A stretch of DNA of 64,000 bases, from contig OZ199839.1 of assembly GCA_964304625.1 (NCBI GenBank), positions 9,190,528 through 9,254,527 on the forward strand, given 5' to 3'. Made by a program: the position numbers and the translations under genes. The stretch is from Kudoa neothunni. Taxonomy: Eukaryota > Animalia > Cnidaria. The stretch's first letter is position 1; the number at the start of each line of letters is the position of its first letter. The notes beneath the pieces were generated by a model. It did no database searches, was not told where the DNA came from, and worked only from the letters and a program-made list of their open reading frames with translations. Positions 26,321-39,334 of this stretch are shown in pieces.

Positions 26321-28668
26321 TTTCCCTATCTATCTATCTATCATCTTATTTACAATTTCGTGTTTCTTCTGATTTTATTAATAATTTTTGGTTCAAAGGG
26401 CATATCTGAATTTTATTTCTTAAAAACTGACTAGCACGTGCCATGTTTATACCTTGGTTGGAAAGGTTTTCATTTAGGTGTCGAAATACTGTATGCATTC
26501 AAAACTGTTACCATTACATGTGAAAGAAATTGAGAGATATTGTTGCAAGGTCTTCTATCGACCGTTTTTGAACAATTTATATAAAACTATACTATTCGAT
26601 CAACAAATCAATGTTAAATTATTTTATTATGTATAAATTATCAAAAGAAAACTTTTATTTACGTCTGGAATCCAATTCACATCTAGAAAAGAAATATAAA
26701 ATGATTGATGAGTTAATTTTATGAGCACACATCTAGTAGTTGCTCAGATCGTCCTTTGATTTGCCATCACAGGAATTAACGGATTTTTAACAACTGTAAA
26801 AACTTAACCATTCAATCTGATTAAAGTAGGAAAGAAAGAGTGATGGTGATGATTAAACATTAAAAATATACCAAATTTGTTAGAATAATAATTTAAAAAA
26901 TACTGTTTACAATCTATATCTATAATCCTGTAGCTCAGCTATTAATCATGAAACTGAATTATATAACATCATACTGGTATTTTTGAAAAAATTCATACGT
27001 TTATTACAATCTCTCAATAAACGAATAATTTACTTTTCAAGTCCAATTACAAAAGTATTTCGGTTAAAAACCATATTAATGAAAATGATAAAGATCTAAA
27101 TGCATTGCCGTCAGATTTTCTGCACGTTATGTTAAAAATATAAAAAATTTGTTGAGAAATTTATAATTGTGAATTTTATCGTATTATTTTAATAAAAAAT
27201 GTTTTTAATTGGTTTCGCACGCAATAAAACGTACGTAAATCGGTCAATGATAAATTTTCAGTAATTTTTCTCTGGTCCCAAGGGGATTAGGGGAAATCGA
27301 TTACCTACCGTATTGACAAAATGTGTCTATGTTTATCGTTCATTTGTCAACTAGCTACCAAATTGGTGTAGTTATAAAAACTTATTAATTGCGTTACAAT
27401 TGTCAAAAAAGAAAGAAAATGGTTAATTTAATCACGCGGTCAAATCAAAAAGGTACGTACGACCGACCCTCACGTGACTTTTTATTTTTCGTTTATTCGT
27501 AGTAACTATGCTTATAAATTGTTTAAACTCATTTAAATATGAGTGACCCTTCTAATACGTAAAACAACTAATATACATACGAGCGATCCAAGACTATATT
27601 CTGAGTTGTTATTATATCGCTTCATATTTTTATTTCATTTAAAGAATGATCCGAAAATAATTTGAAAGAAATATTCAAAATTAATGTAAATTTTCGGAGT
27701 CCTTACATTGTACTTATTTTGAATGAGGTTTTCGATATTGTCACTAAAAATCTATATTTATTCTAAACTTTTGCGCATGCACCAACTTGATTCTATCGTC
27801 TATTTATACATCTTACACATAAAAGCTCATCAAATTTTAAATTATTATTTATTTTATTGACTAAAATAAAATAAGAGTAATCTAAATTTCGAATAATTTA
27901 AGGCCATGATTAAATCACATCTTCCATATGTATATAATTATTCGGAAAATATCAAACTTTTAGCCTCAATTAATAAGATCTATAATAAGTGGATTTTATC
28001 ACAATTTAAGAACGGAATTTCAAAATGATCAATCGAATAACATAATTGAAAATTGATATTTAGCCGGTATTTTCTAGCAGCTTTGATTTTACGTAAACCT
28101 ACGAGACTATGTCTAATAAGTTTTAAATAGAATTATGTATATATAAAATAATCGTGGAAAAGTTTAAACTTAGATTACAAATAATGTGAATTTTTTAAGA
28201 AGTTAACCTGTTAGTCAATTTAGATTCGGACAACCGTTATTCATAAGAATTGAACTAACATTCAAGAAACAAAATTATACACAGTCATTCTACCTCCATA
28301 GTTTAGCTTATTTTATCAAATCTGCCGGTAAATGAAAAGAAACAATGCCATCTTCTGTTAATAAATCAGAGCTTAATTCTTTCATCTTTCATTTGAGAGA
28401 AAAAAAATATAAAAGTTTAGACGAGGTAAAATTTGTCATTACTTTAAAAAAAAGATCTGTTGCGCAGGCGTTAGCTCGTTCAATGTTTCCCCCTTTTTGA
28501 GCGTTTTAAATCTTATTAAAAAATTCAAAAACAAACAATGTTGCCTCTCTATATATAACACCACCGAAATAACAAATAAAATACAGCGCAAATATTAAAT
28601 GAATGTTTCACATGAAGAAATACGAGTGCGCATAGAATTATTTATATACCAAAAAAAATTATAAAAAG

Positions 28669-29191
28669 TTAGAATTTTTTATAAAGGTCATTGTTGACTT
28701 TGTTTTTATTTTTATAACTAAAGTATAGGTTGGAAGCCATTGTGGATGTGAGGGGAATACTGTTCGGAGTTTTCTTATTCTACAATGTCAATATATCATG
28801 ATTGATATTATTGCTTTGATACACATAAAACAATAGTACAACTTACCGCGTTGTTGTAACATTGAGAAAGTCGATTGGCGAATGCCGAACAAATATTCTC
28901 ATCGTATTTGTTTTGGGCGAAACAGGTTAACAACTGTTCCAATTCAATTTTACAGCCCATATCTACAAACAAGCTATAATTCAAAATGTTCTTTGAACAA
29001 ATTCAATACTGGCCCGTGAACTAACTACTCCACCTTTGAATCTAATAACAGTTTGAATTCGACCTAAATCATAGCCGTAAATAACACGATGGTTTATCTT
29101 TGGGATGCGAAACAATGGTTTCCTAAAGAAAAATTGTTAACCCACTTGTCGGACAATTCAAAAAGAACTGCAGGAATTACTTTGAGTTCAT
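28669..29191 (-). CDS. CHCHD1: Twin CX9C (CHCH) mitochondrial protein, CHCHD1/mS37 (Mrp10)-like, about 117 aa, 4 exons
   Basis: Absent from the ORF track. Spliced product: MNSKKPLFRIPKINHRVIYGYDLGRIQTVIRFKGGVVSSRANMGCKIELEQLLTCFAQNKYDENICSAFANRLSQCYNNANKKTPNSIPLTSTMASNLYFSYKNKNKVNNDLYKKF*. It has an exact CX9C-X10-CX9C, a basic N-terminus and a short C-terminal helix as in mS37. Three GT-AG introns. Confidence 0.75.
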
Positions 29192-29221
29192 TTTGAATGT
29201 TGCGCGAGTTACTGTGATAAC

Positions 29222-30901
29222 ATGTTTATCGGAAAATTCGCTAAAACTTTATCAAAGTTTTTTTATTTCAACGCGGATTTTCATCACTAATATACTCGAA
29301 TTAATAGTCGAAATTGGTTCCAGCGCGATAAAGGCACAGCAATCCTCATGGTAAATATGGGAGCGCCTGAAAAGCCTGAACAAGTACAACCGTTCCTGAA
29401 AAATCTATTTATGGATGAAGACCTTCTTCAACTACCTTTACAGTCGTAATTTATCGGTGGCTGATGTATCCATCAGTTTAAATTCTATTTTAAAGCGTCA
29501 TGTCTACTTTGATATCCATATTGCGAGCGCCAAAAGTTAGCAAACATTATGAGGAAATTGGAGGTTCACCACTTCTAAAATGGACAAATATCCAAGGCAA
29601 TCTTCTCACAGAACAACTCAATAAATCACTAAGATCTCATGGTAGTTTATGATGATGCGCTGGGTGTTTTTTAAAAGTTGTTAGCACCCTTCAAACATTT
29701 TGTTGCTCTACGATACACTCCCCCTTTTGCAAAAGATTCCATCGATCAGATTATAAAGTAGGCTTTCAATGGGGAGAACCAAAAAATATAAAACTATGTG
29801 TAGAGAGGGATTCAAAAGATTAGTGGTTTTTTCTCAGTATCAACAATACAGTTGTTGCACTTCAGGCTCGAGTTTCAACGAGTTGGCCTCAATTCTTTCC
29901 CACCACTCTGATCTACACACTACATTCCTCGACAGATGGTACAGCAATCCTCATTATATAGTGGTACTTGCTTGGGCTGCTCCATTTAACATTTTTATCT
30001 ACATTCTACTCTATGTAGAGTATAAAACATACAATCGAAGAAGCTATCGAAAAGTTAGACTTAAAGATTGCTCCATCGAAAATTTTTATTCTTTTCTCGG
30101 GGCATGCATTACCTTTAATGGTAATATGACTGTGAGATTTATATGGGTGTGAGTGTATCTGTTGTAGAATGTAATCAAGGGCGATACCTACATCTCCCAA
30201 GTGGCAACTACAGTCGAATTGGTTATGAAAGAAATGAATTATCAACATCCTCATCGACTTGCATATCAGTCTCAAGTGGCGATTTTGATATTCATTTTAA
30301 TAACGCGCCAATGGAACTTTATTTAGGTTGGTCCTATTAGATGGTTTGGAGCAAACACCAAACGAATACTTGATATAGTGTCTCATCCTAATTCCCCATA
30401 TGAAGGTGTCGTTCTGGTGCCTATCACTTTCACTTCTGATCATATTGAAACATTGTATGAACTTGATATTGAATTGATGGATGAAATGAGAAAATTAGTA
30501 ATTTTTGTTGTTTGCATTCCCAAAATGATTGTATTATCCTTGGTAGGCCAACAGAGTTCCTATTGTTCGTGCTGAATCCCTCAATGATCGAGCTTCTTTT
30601 ATTACTGTTTATTTGGATTTTTTGAATATGCAAATGATTGGCGTTATAGGCACTCAATTCTATATTCACTGAACATATTATGGGCAGAAAATTCTGTTCG
30701 AATGAATTTCTCTTGAGGTGTCATGAATGTACAAAAGAAAAGTGCGAAAAACTCGCGAATACATCAAATCGCAAGAAACCAAATTTTCTAGTGTTAGTTA
30801 GTAATGAGGATTCGGTTATTAGAAATCTTTATAAATACTCGGTTTATTTGTTGTTGATATCTTTTCTTTTCGGAAAAATTATTTTTCCTCTTAGTTGCTA
30901 A
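29222..30901 (+). CDS. FECH: Mitochondrial ferrochelatase (protoheme ferrolyase), 10 exons
   Basis: Motifs TAILMVNMGAP, YEEIGGSP, FSQYQQYSCCTSGSS, ILFSGHALP, AYQSQVGPIRW, LVPITFTSDHIETLYELDIE and RAESLND. The C-terminal CHECTKEKC plus YSC supply animal-type [2Fe-2S] ligands. All introns are GT-AG and in frame. The exact C-terminus is uncertain. Confidence 0.97.
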
Positions 30902-32003
30902 GTACAAGCTATTCCTCATGATTTTTTATTTTTTCATTTATAATAAATTTATTTTGATGTTAATTGATTATTGTATATTTTTTAATCTTAATGCTAAATA
31001 CAGTCATTATTATGAAACATTTCTATTATATTTAGAAAATTTAAAAATTTTAATTAACCATAAATTATAACACATACTCAAAATCTAGCCGACATTCTTT
31101 TTGTATGATTAATTAAATTCAAATATAATTATGAAGGAATAGAATATGAATTAAATGTAATTTTAAAAAAATTAAGCAATATGATTAATTTATAGCAGGA
31201 GAGGTTGTATTTTGTGTTTTTAAAGATCTACTGGTGATATAATTTGTGAATCAATTTATTCACATAATTTATTAAAAACTGCATACTTACGTGCTATTTA
31301 TATTTGAAGAAGGGATATTATTGCCCTTATTTCATTGTGTATGTATTCTGATCAAAAATTAGAAGAATAACTTAAGAACATATTTAAATTATAACGGTTT
31401 TCCATCCGTTTAAAATTATATTAAGAAATGCTATATCAAAATAATGCGTGTATATGGGCTAATTATGTAAAAAATTTACATAACATGCTGTGAGATTTTA
31501 AGGTATTTAGACAGCAGATTCACACCCTCCAGTTGGAACTCACTGCATTAGCGTACAGTCAAACATACTTGAGTTTAATTATGATAATAATTAAACTCAA
31601 ATAAAATAAATTATATTTGAATAATAAGTCATACTTGAATTCTATAACTCTGATCGGAAATATAAATAAATATATTTATATATACAGACATATATTGACT
31701 GTATTTTTGAAGAAATTCCTTTTTTTAACATTTATGATCACCTTGTTCAATAATTATGCTAAATATTTTTTAAACCTGATAAATTTTTACGATATTATGT
31801 GAAATGTGATTCTTTTTAGTAAACCTTTTTTCGGAATATTTCCAAAAGACAATTTTTTAGTCATTAAATTTATTTTCAATTAGTATAGAAAATTTAAATT
31901 CTACTTAGTTTGTGGATATTAATACATTATTTCAATTTATAAAATTAAGGATTCAAAATTATATTTTTGTTTAAAAATTGATGATAATGAAATAGATGTT
32001 AAC

Positions 32004-32130
32004 AACTGGTTTCTAATTTCTGAGCCAATGTCCTTAAACCTTCCCGTACCGAACTAAAAACAATTCCTTGTGTGCCCCTGCCCATGCCCATGCCCATAGG
32101 GACACTGGGAGACCCCAGTAGAAATCAGTT
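32004..32130. repeat. Small MITE-like segment with 12-bp imperfect inverted ends and GCCCAT repeats
   Basis: AACTGGTTTCTA ... TAGAAATCAGTT, with internal (GCCCAT)3 and an ACTGGG-AGAC-CCCAGT hairpin. Confidence 0.4.
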
Positions 32131-32594
32131 TAGAAATTACTTTTTTTTATTATTAAAACAACTCAGAGCTACTTAAAACATAATTCAGAGATATTTTAAC
32201 TCATCAACATTTCATCTGTTATTGTGTATAATCGGCCATGAAAACCGATTAATCGATTGGTATTCTACAATTTAAACATCAACCTACGCTCAAATAAACC
32301 TTGTGTAAAATTTTTCGTCAATATTATATAGTTCCTAATACGAAAGAAGTCTAATTTCTAATAAAACATCTAAACGTATGGAGAAGAGTACACACAAACT
32401 TATCAACTTATTATCAAAAATTCGGGTAATAACGTCACAGGAGATAATCCTCAGGTTATGACAACGCCTTTTTTTCAAAATCAGGTTTCTACTCCATGCT
32501 ATTCATTATACTTCCCTCAAAACCCATTACATGATTAAATTAAGTTTAAACATAATTACGCGAAACTCTCAACTCTACAACGATGCAACATTCA

Positions 32595-32623
32595 CCAGAC
32601 CAGACCAGACCAGACCACGCCAC
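32595..32623. repeat. (CCAGA)n pentanucleotide repeat
   Basis: ccagaccagaccagaccagaccacgccacg seen directly. Confidence 0.8.
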
Positions 32624-33812
32624 GATTCTTTTGTATTAATCTTCGTTAATCCTTATCTCATAATTTAAATTTGAAAATATCCTGCCTAAATTAAAATTAT
32701 TGAGATATATTTGATTTAAATATTCCAAAAAATATAAATGAATATTTTGCAATCGCAAAAATAATTATAATGAACGAAACCATCGGACCAAGTAGAAATT
32801 TGAAGCCATACATCTTGTCAAAAGTTGAATATAAATTAAAAATTTTACCAATTGATGTGCTAAATTAATAGGGAAGCGTTCATGAAATTTCAATAGAATA
32901 AATTGCGTCTGTCAGGATTTAGGAAGAAATCATCTTATTTGAGTTACCTACTATTCCCAGCCTACTACCGGCAAGGTTAAAAGGATACGGCTGGCCATGT
33001 GCTCTCGATCTTGAAGGGACGCGTATTTTTAGCAGATCAAACTGATAGACAAGTCCATCCTGCATTACCTTACGAATAAACCATACTGTGATTCGATATG
33101 GCGTTTTTTGTGATGAATCTTTATGAAAGCTACATTTTAAGCATATTCAATTTTACCGGAGAACAATAAATATTTAACCAAACTGATTATATTTGAAGTC
33201 TTATGATGGCGTAAAGTTTTTATTTGCCTATTAATGCTAATATCTTAATTAAGCGTATATTCAGCATATATTCAGCATATAGTAAAATGCCAACTTTTTC
33301 TGATATGGCTTTATTTAGAACTTCTATAAACATAAAATTTTTAACTGATATTGAACCTAAGGATAAAAAGAGAAAATTCAACAAATAAAAATATAATTTT
33401 ATCCCCATAATCCTTCCATCATGAGGTTTACGGAGAAATATTTAAAAATATGGTTATAGATCCATCACTAACACAATTTAACTATAAGGCACGGCAGTTT
33501 CTTTTAGATTAACTTATATAAGTAATATTCATATTTTTGTGATAATTCTTTTTTGAATTTAGCGATTATGTTACCTCGGTTAATATATAGGTAAAATGGC
33601 CTATAATTTTTATTGTATAGAAATTATTTACATTATTTAATTGGGAAATTTTTATTGAATTATATACATATTACGTAAAAAAATCAAATATCGTTTTAAT
33701 AATATAAATTTTTTTATGATAAAAAATTTATCTATTTAAATAATTAATTATTTATATGCAATTTAAAGTAGAAATGGTAATTGTGTTTCTTAACGAAAAT
33801 TTATAAACTTTA

Positions 33813-34419
33813 TCTTCTATATATATAAAGTAGTAGTGTCCGTGTGTGTGTACGCACAAATCTTCTCCTCATACAGAGACTTTTTGAACTATTTGAGTTT
33901 CTTAGTATACTTTAAAAAATCCAAAACTAACTAAAAAATTACAATGGGGTTGTCTGCTTTCTTATAAAGTGATGAATTTGTAAGGTAAACTTTTTGTAAA
34001 CAGATTAGCGCTAACAATAATAAGATTACTTGATCATGTGATTCGCTAAAATGTTCAAGAATATGCGTATATAACTTTAATTTATACTATTTAAATACAT
34101 CTGAAACTTTAACTTTACTTTTTTTACACTTTAAACTAAGCTAACATGTTCTACAACGTTCGTTGATGTGTAGGCGCGAATCGGTTTAAACGAAGATTTG
34201 TTGTTTAAATAGGAGATTAATAAGCCACATGAATTGTAAGATTTTATGATTCCTAAATGAAAGTAGTCTAATAAAGAAGGAAGTGAAGAGGACTGATATA
34301 TCAATAATTATATCGAATAACACTGCCGTCAAAAGAACGATAAAATAATTATAATTGACTCTTAACATAAAATGACCTTGGCCTATTCCAGGCCAAAGTC
34401 AGCGTGGTTTTTGCACTAG
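33813..34419 (+). mobile_element. Non-autonomous Helitron
   Basis: Inserted between A and T. 5' end TC..TATATATAAAG..GTGTCCGTGTGTGTG. 3' hairpin TGACCTTGGCCT-ATTCC-AGGCCAAAGTCA followed by CTAG (34416-34419). No TSD. A related copy starts at 56376. Confidence 0.8.
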
Positions 34420-34805
34420 TATATATATATATATATAAATTAATTTAAATTAATGTAGAAATTTTTATAAGTAACTTATTTGAGATAAATCTTTTATGTT
34501 ATAGTTATTTTACAGTGTGTAAATTATCTGTAGGATCAACAAGCGTTCTTTACAGTATCCATCTTTAATTCAATAATCGATAAACTATCGGATACTTTTG
34601 GAGCATTATAAAAAATATAAGTGAATTAGAACCGAATATTACATCTGGGAATAGATGTTAAATAAGAATCACTTTAGTTGACAATAGTTATATATTAGTT
34701 ATCAATAAGTCCGGATTGGTTCGCAATAATCGTAGTAACTGTGCTTATTTTACGTTTTGTGTAAATATTTGATAATAAACAGATGATATATCGTGCCTCA
34801 TTTAA

Positions 34806-37278
34806 CCCTCTAAGCTATCGAATAATTCCATCCTTTAACGGGCTTGGGGTGAAAAAACACCCCATCTTTTTTTTCTGTTAAGTTTCTTCAGAAAATTATT
34901 GTAAGTTTATTTATAAATTTTTAGAAAATTCTATCCACAGAATTTGGAGTAAATTTACATTTATCATTCAACTTAATCCAGTTCGGCAATATTTGGCATA
35001 AGGTTGTGACTCACAACGAAAAATAGAACCTAACGTTAGGTAGCGTAAAAAACAAGTTTGAAACAAATCATATAATTTTAAAATTTTAAGGGTAGATAAT
35101 TATTACGATTGATCGCAATCATAGTATTTTCTAGACGAATGAAGCCGGCAATAATAACGTTCGCAGTTTGAACATTTGCTAGATGTTTTTTTATCATTTT
35201 GGCGAGGACAGAAGGCACAACGCTCTTGTTTAGGGGTGGTTGGTATATTCTTTAAATTATCTGTGCTTTGGAACTTTGATCTTTTTAACCCAGTTAACTT
35301 TATTTTTTTATCAATTAGGGGTTGATACAATGCTTCCGCCATCTCCTTCAAAAATGTGCGTCTTAATTTTATTGGTTGATTGAATATAATTTTGTATCAT
35401 GCAAACGCATTAATTAAGGATAGATCAACCATGTTATAAAATACGATCATTGGCCATCTTCTGTTGAATCGGCGCACCGATACGGATGCCAACATTCTAT
35501 CGACCGTGCCCACACCTCGCTTTTTTTATTGTATCAGAGTATAGTCTGAGGTTTTTTATTATCTTCAGATATATCGACGTTAATTGTCCCCGTCGACAGA
35601 AGAATTACACATTTGTTCTTTTTGTTCACGTAGGATGTCAACATATTTTTTTTAAAAAATGCAAAAGTAGTGCTATGTAATTCTCTACATTTGGACGGAA
35701 GAACACATAAAGGAAGGTCTCTTTTGTTTTGCCGTATGGTTCCTAAGTATGTTAGGCGTTTCTCCAATAGTTTGGTCGATAGTTTGATAGACGAGAAGAA
35801 ATTATCTGCCACAATCGTTCTGCCTGTATGGTACAATGGAGTCGCCAGCGATAGCACAATATTTTCACCAACGCTGGAGGATCGGCTGACTCGGTCTCCA
35901 TTTTTTCCAAGATATGGGGAAATATTTGAAACGTAGCTGTGTACCGGATCCACAAAAAGAAAAAATTTCAATCCGTATTTTGCCGGTTTCAGCGGCATAT
36001 ACTGCCTAAAAGGACATCGTCCTTTAAAAGATACCAACTGCTCATCAACAGTGACGTCCTCAGTAGGTGAATAGCACATTGGAAGTATTTTCATCCACAT
36101 ACTCCATAAATGGCGAATAGGACAAAATTTGTCTTGTTCTCTCCTTTATGCTCTTGTGGTTGTATCATCAAAGTGAAGACTTCGTAGTATTTGCCTAAAG
36201 CGATTATAGGAGAAGAGTTGGCGATATATTTGTTTCCCTTCAGTTAAACTAAAAAGTGCTAATAGAGGCTCTTCTCTATCTTTATGGATAGCCATCAATA
36301 CTAGAACCCCCAAAAATCCTTTGAATTCTGTCTCGTCTAAATCAATCCAAGAATCACGAAATTGAGATTTTCCAAATAGATTAGTATATTTAATAATTTC
36401 TTGGCAAATATGATTCGTAAAAAAATAACGAAACAATCTAAAATATTTTGGATCCTTTGTAAGGCATATGCCTTTGGGCCAGGATGAGAATCCATTATGT
36501 TTTCAATCGACGTTCTTGACGATGCTGGTTTTTTCAATGTCCAGAGGATTCCGCTTTTACTGGTTGTATCGTCTTCAGCACCTTCATTCTCAGTTATTTC
36601 ATCAGAGCTGCATGATAATTCAAACAAATTATCATCTATTTCGCTGCCAGACGATTGGATGTCATCGAAAAATTCATCAAAAGTTCTCATTGTAATTCAA
36701 ATACCAGAACAGCCGAACACGTGAAATCATCGGATTCAAACAATCTCACTTGTTCACATATCCAAATTGGCGCATAATTAATAAAATAAAATTTCAGAGA
36801 GGGCATTCATCAACATTATAATTCTAAAATATATTTCTGATAATTAAAACAACTTGATATGTCCGCAAAAATCGATATTTCTCAATCTGCATGATAGGAA
36901 AACATTAATATTGTGTCCACGGAAATGTACCAGTGAATAACGATTGCGATGAATTGAAGTAGGTAATATAATAGTTGCTGATTTTCTTCGAATTTCGTCG
37001 ATAGAATTTTCTAAAAATTTATAAATCCACTCAAAATCATTTTTTAATGAAATTTAACAAAAAAAATGATGGGGTGTTTTTCACCCCAAGCCCGTTAAAG
37101 GATGGATTTTTTTTCGGCATGACAAAAGCTTATAATTTATCCAAATTTTTGTTATGTTGTACGTTTCATAAATATAGAAGAATAGCGTAAATTTCGATTT
37201 GATATGAGAAGGTCATAAAATGTTATCCTCGGATTAAATGTGGTTTGAGGTGTAACAAACCCCAAATCCGTTAGAGGA
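34806..37278 (-). mobile_element. piggyBac element with disrupted transposase (about 36690-35103)
   Basis: TTAA at 34802-34805 and 37279-37282; ends CCCTCTAA / TTAGAGGA. An internal inverted repeat of about 120 bp (34827-34950 vs 36985-37106). Transposase motifs VTVDEQLVSFKGRCPFRQYMPLKPAKYGLK, ADNFFSS, GTIRQNK and a C-terminal Cys-rich domain. In-frame stop at 36146-36148 plus frameshifts. Confidence 0.95.
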
Positions 37279-37918
37279 TTAAATAAAATATTATTTAATA
37301 TATTCGCTAACCTCAATTATCAAATAAAACATTTAAAGACATGAAGCTATTTTTATATAAAAAAGTAAAACCAAAAACAATAATATTTATCTTAGAAGGT
37401 TTAAATCGATTATAGTACGAGTGGAGATAATATATAATAATATTGAATTAGTTGATAAATATAATTAATTTTAATTAGTTGACGATTATGAATTTAATTT
37501 CTTAGAAAAAAATCAATTTAATTTAGATTTAGTATGAAATAACAAAAAATTTACTAACAATATTGATATCCAGTTGTACGTTAATACATATTCAGAGTAT
37601 TAAAAACTAGGTTTATCTTATCAAGACTATAGAAATTTACTGTCAAAACTAATGTTATCTATTGAATTTTTTTGTTCATATATTTATTACGATATAATAA
37701 GATATGAAACTATTGAATGTATTGTTTTTATTAATAATAAACTATCGAAAATTTTTGGTTCTTCTAAAACTGAATAATATTACTATTAAATAACTCTCGT
37801 CACTTTTAATTAAGTGATTTAACGAATATTTTTTTATATTTTTTATAGATAAAAACTATTGAATCCTTAAAAAAAGATTTCCCCTTCCACTTTATGAAAT
37901 ATAAAAAACTGATAGTAA

Positions 37919-37927
37919 CGATAAAAA
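37919..37927 (+). promoter_or_regulatory. CGATAAAAA (GATA-like) motif 56-57 nt upstream of the ATG of paralogs A, B and C
   Basis: The same 9-mer occurs at 37919, 43788 and 49136 (offsets 57, 56, 57), with a degenerate version at 58744. Confidence 0.55.
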
Positions 37928-37975
37928 ATCGTTTAAAAGGCATCTCACAATCGGCAAATACATTATTGACACGAA

Positions 37976-38949
37976 ATGTTACAGGCAGCAATTCTCAGTT
38001 TATGTATTTGTACCCCCTTAAATTTTCTAACTTCTAATAGTTCTGGGCCTATCGATACAAATTCACACTGGATCGGAAGTTGTCAAACTTGTAATCTTTG
38101 ATATATTTTATGTCATCTTCACTGAATATGTTAAGCATTCACCTACAGCGATTAGTCAACTAGAATCAGCCCTAAAGTTTCTATTGATTACCAAAGAATA
38201 TCTCAACTATAATAAGGTAACAGTTTTGAATAATTAACCTAAATGTATTATAGCAAAAACTTATCAATGAGATCCTTAAAAATCTCCAAACAAACGTTGA
38301 TGAAGCACAGGCTGCCGATTTAACATGCCCAAATTTTGCAACATGCCATAACGGTCAGGGTAAATAACTCCATATTTTTTGTAATTTTTTTTAATGCTTT
38401 ATAAATTAAGTGGAAAATTATGAAATGAAACCAGTTTGTAGAGGATGCCGCGTAATACGTTTGAAATATATCGTCATTGTGTTCCTTTTAAATACAAAAT
38501 TAAATAGCTAGTTGAATATATAAATTGCAAAATCTATAGGCAACGTGACAAATGTTATAAAGTAATTTTTATAATTTTATTCAAGTCTTTTTCTAAACTT
38601 TTAGAATCGGGATTATTGCAAAAATTTGGCAAATGAAATATGTTCCAGAAAACAGGCGTGTGTGTCAATTTCTCTTGAAGAATACAATGGTGGATAATTT
38701 TCTAATAATCTTGTGATTAAATATTATTTTTAGAAATGCTAAAGTCACGTATCTTAGGAAGTATCGCAAACACCCGAAGTAACTTTTATTGTACACATTT
38801 TATTTTTTAATCGGAATTAAGGGAGAGCTCCAGAACTTCGTCTATCTCAAAATGATGGCTCAAATCAGAACGATCAAAGAGCTCCAATGCTTCCTGTTAA
38901 TCCACCAGATGATGGTCAGACAGATGATACCGATGCCAAATTATTCTGA
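37976..38949 (+). CDS. Secreted Cys-rich protein, paralog A (about 207 aa, 9 exons), unknown family
   Basis: Spliced: MLQAAILSLCIFLGLSIQ..LTCPNFATCHNGQVENYEMKPVCRGCRLVEYINC..NRDYCKNLANEICSRKQAC..DAKLF*. Intron phases 1,0,0,1,0,0,1,1. Confidence 0.85.
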
Positions 38950-39334
38950 ACCGAATTTTTCATCGAAAACAATAAAAATATAATAAAAATTTCTAGTTAG
39001 CAAGTATGTTATCAAATTTGTTACCAATTCTACTTTTTTGATCAATTATCGCGTTTATTTCCACATTCTTTAATACTCTAATTATTAGAGGGCTAAATAA
39101 ATATAAAACTTTTCCAATATTTGTAGAATTTAGAACGTGCATTTAGTCTATCAGCATATGAAAGATAACAAATTATTTTTATGAATAATATATGTAAGAA
39201 ATATCTGGTTTCATTTTTCATTAGACATTCATTCAAATAATTAATAGAATAAAAATAGACTTTTATAACTTTGATTAATGTTAACTATTCATTTGACATA
39301 AATAAAATACTATGTATTTAATTAAACTAATTAA

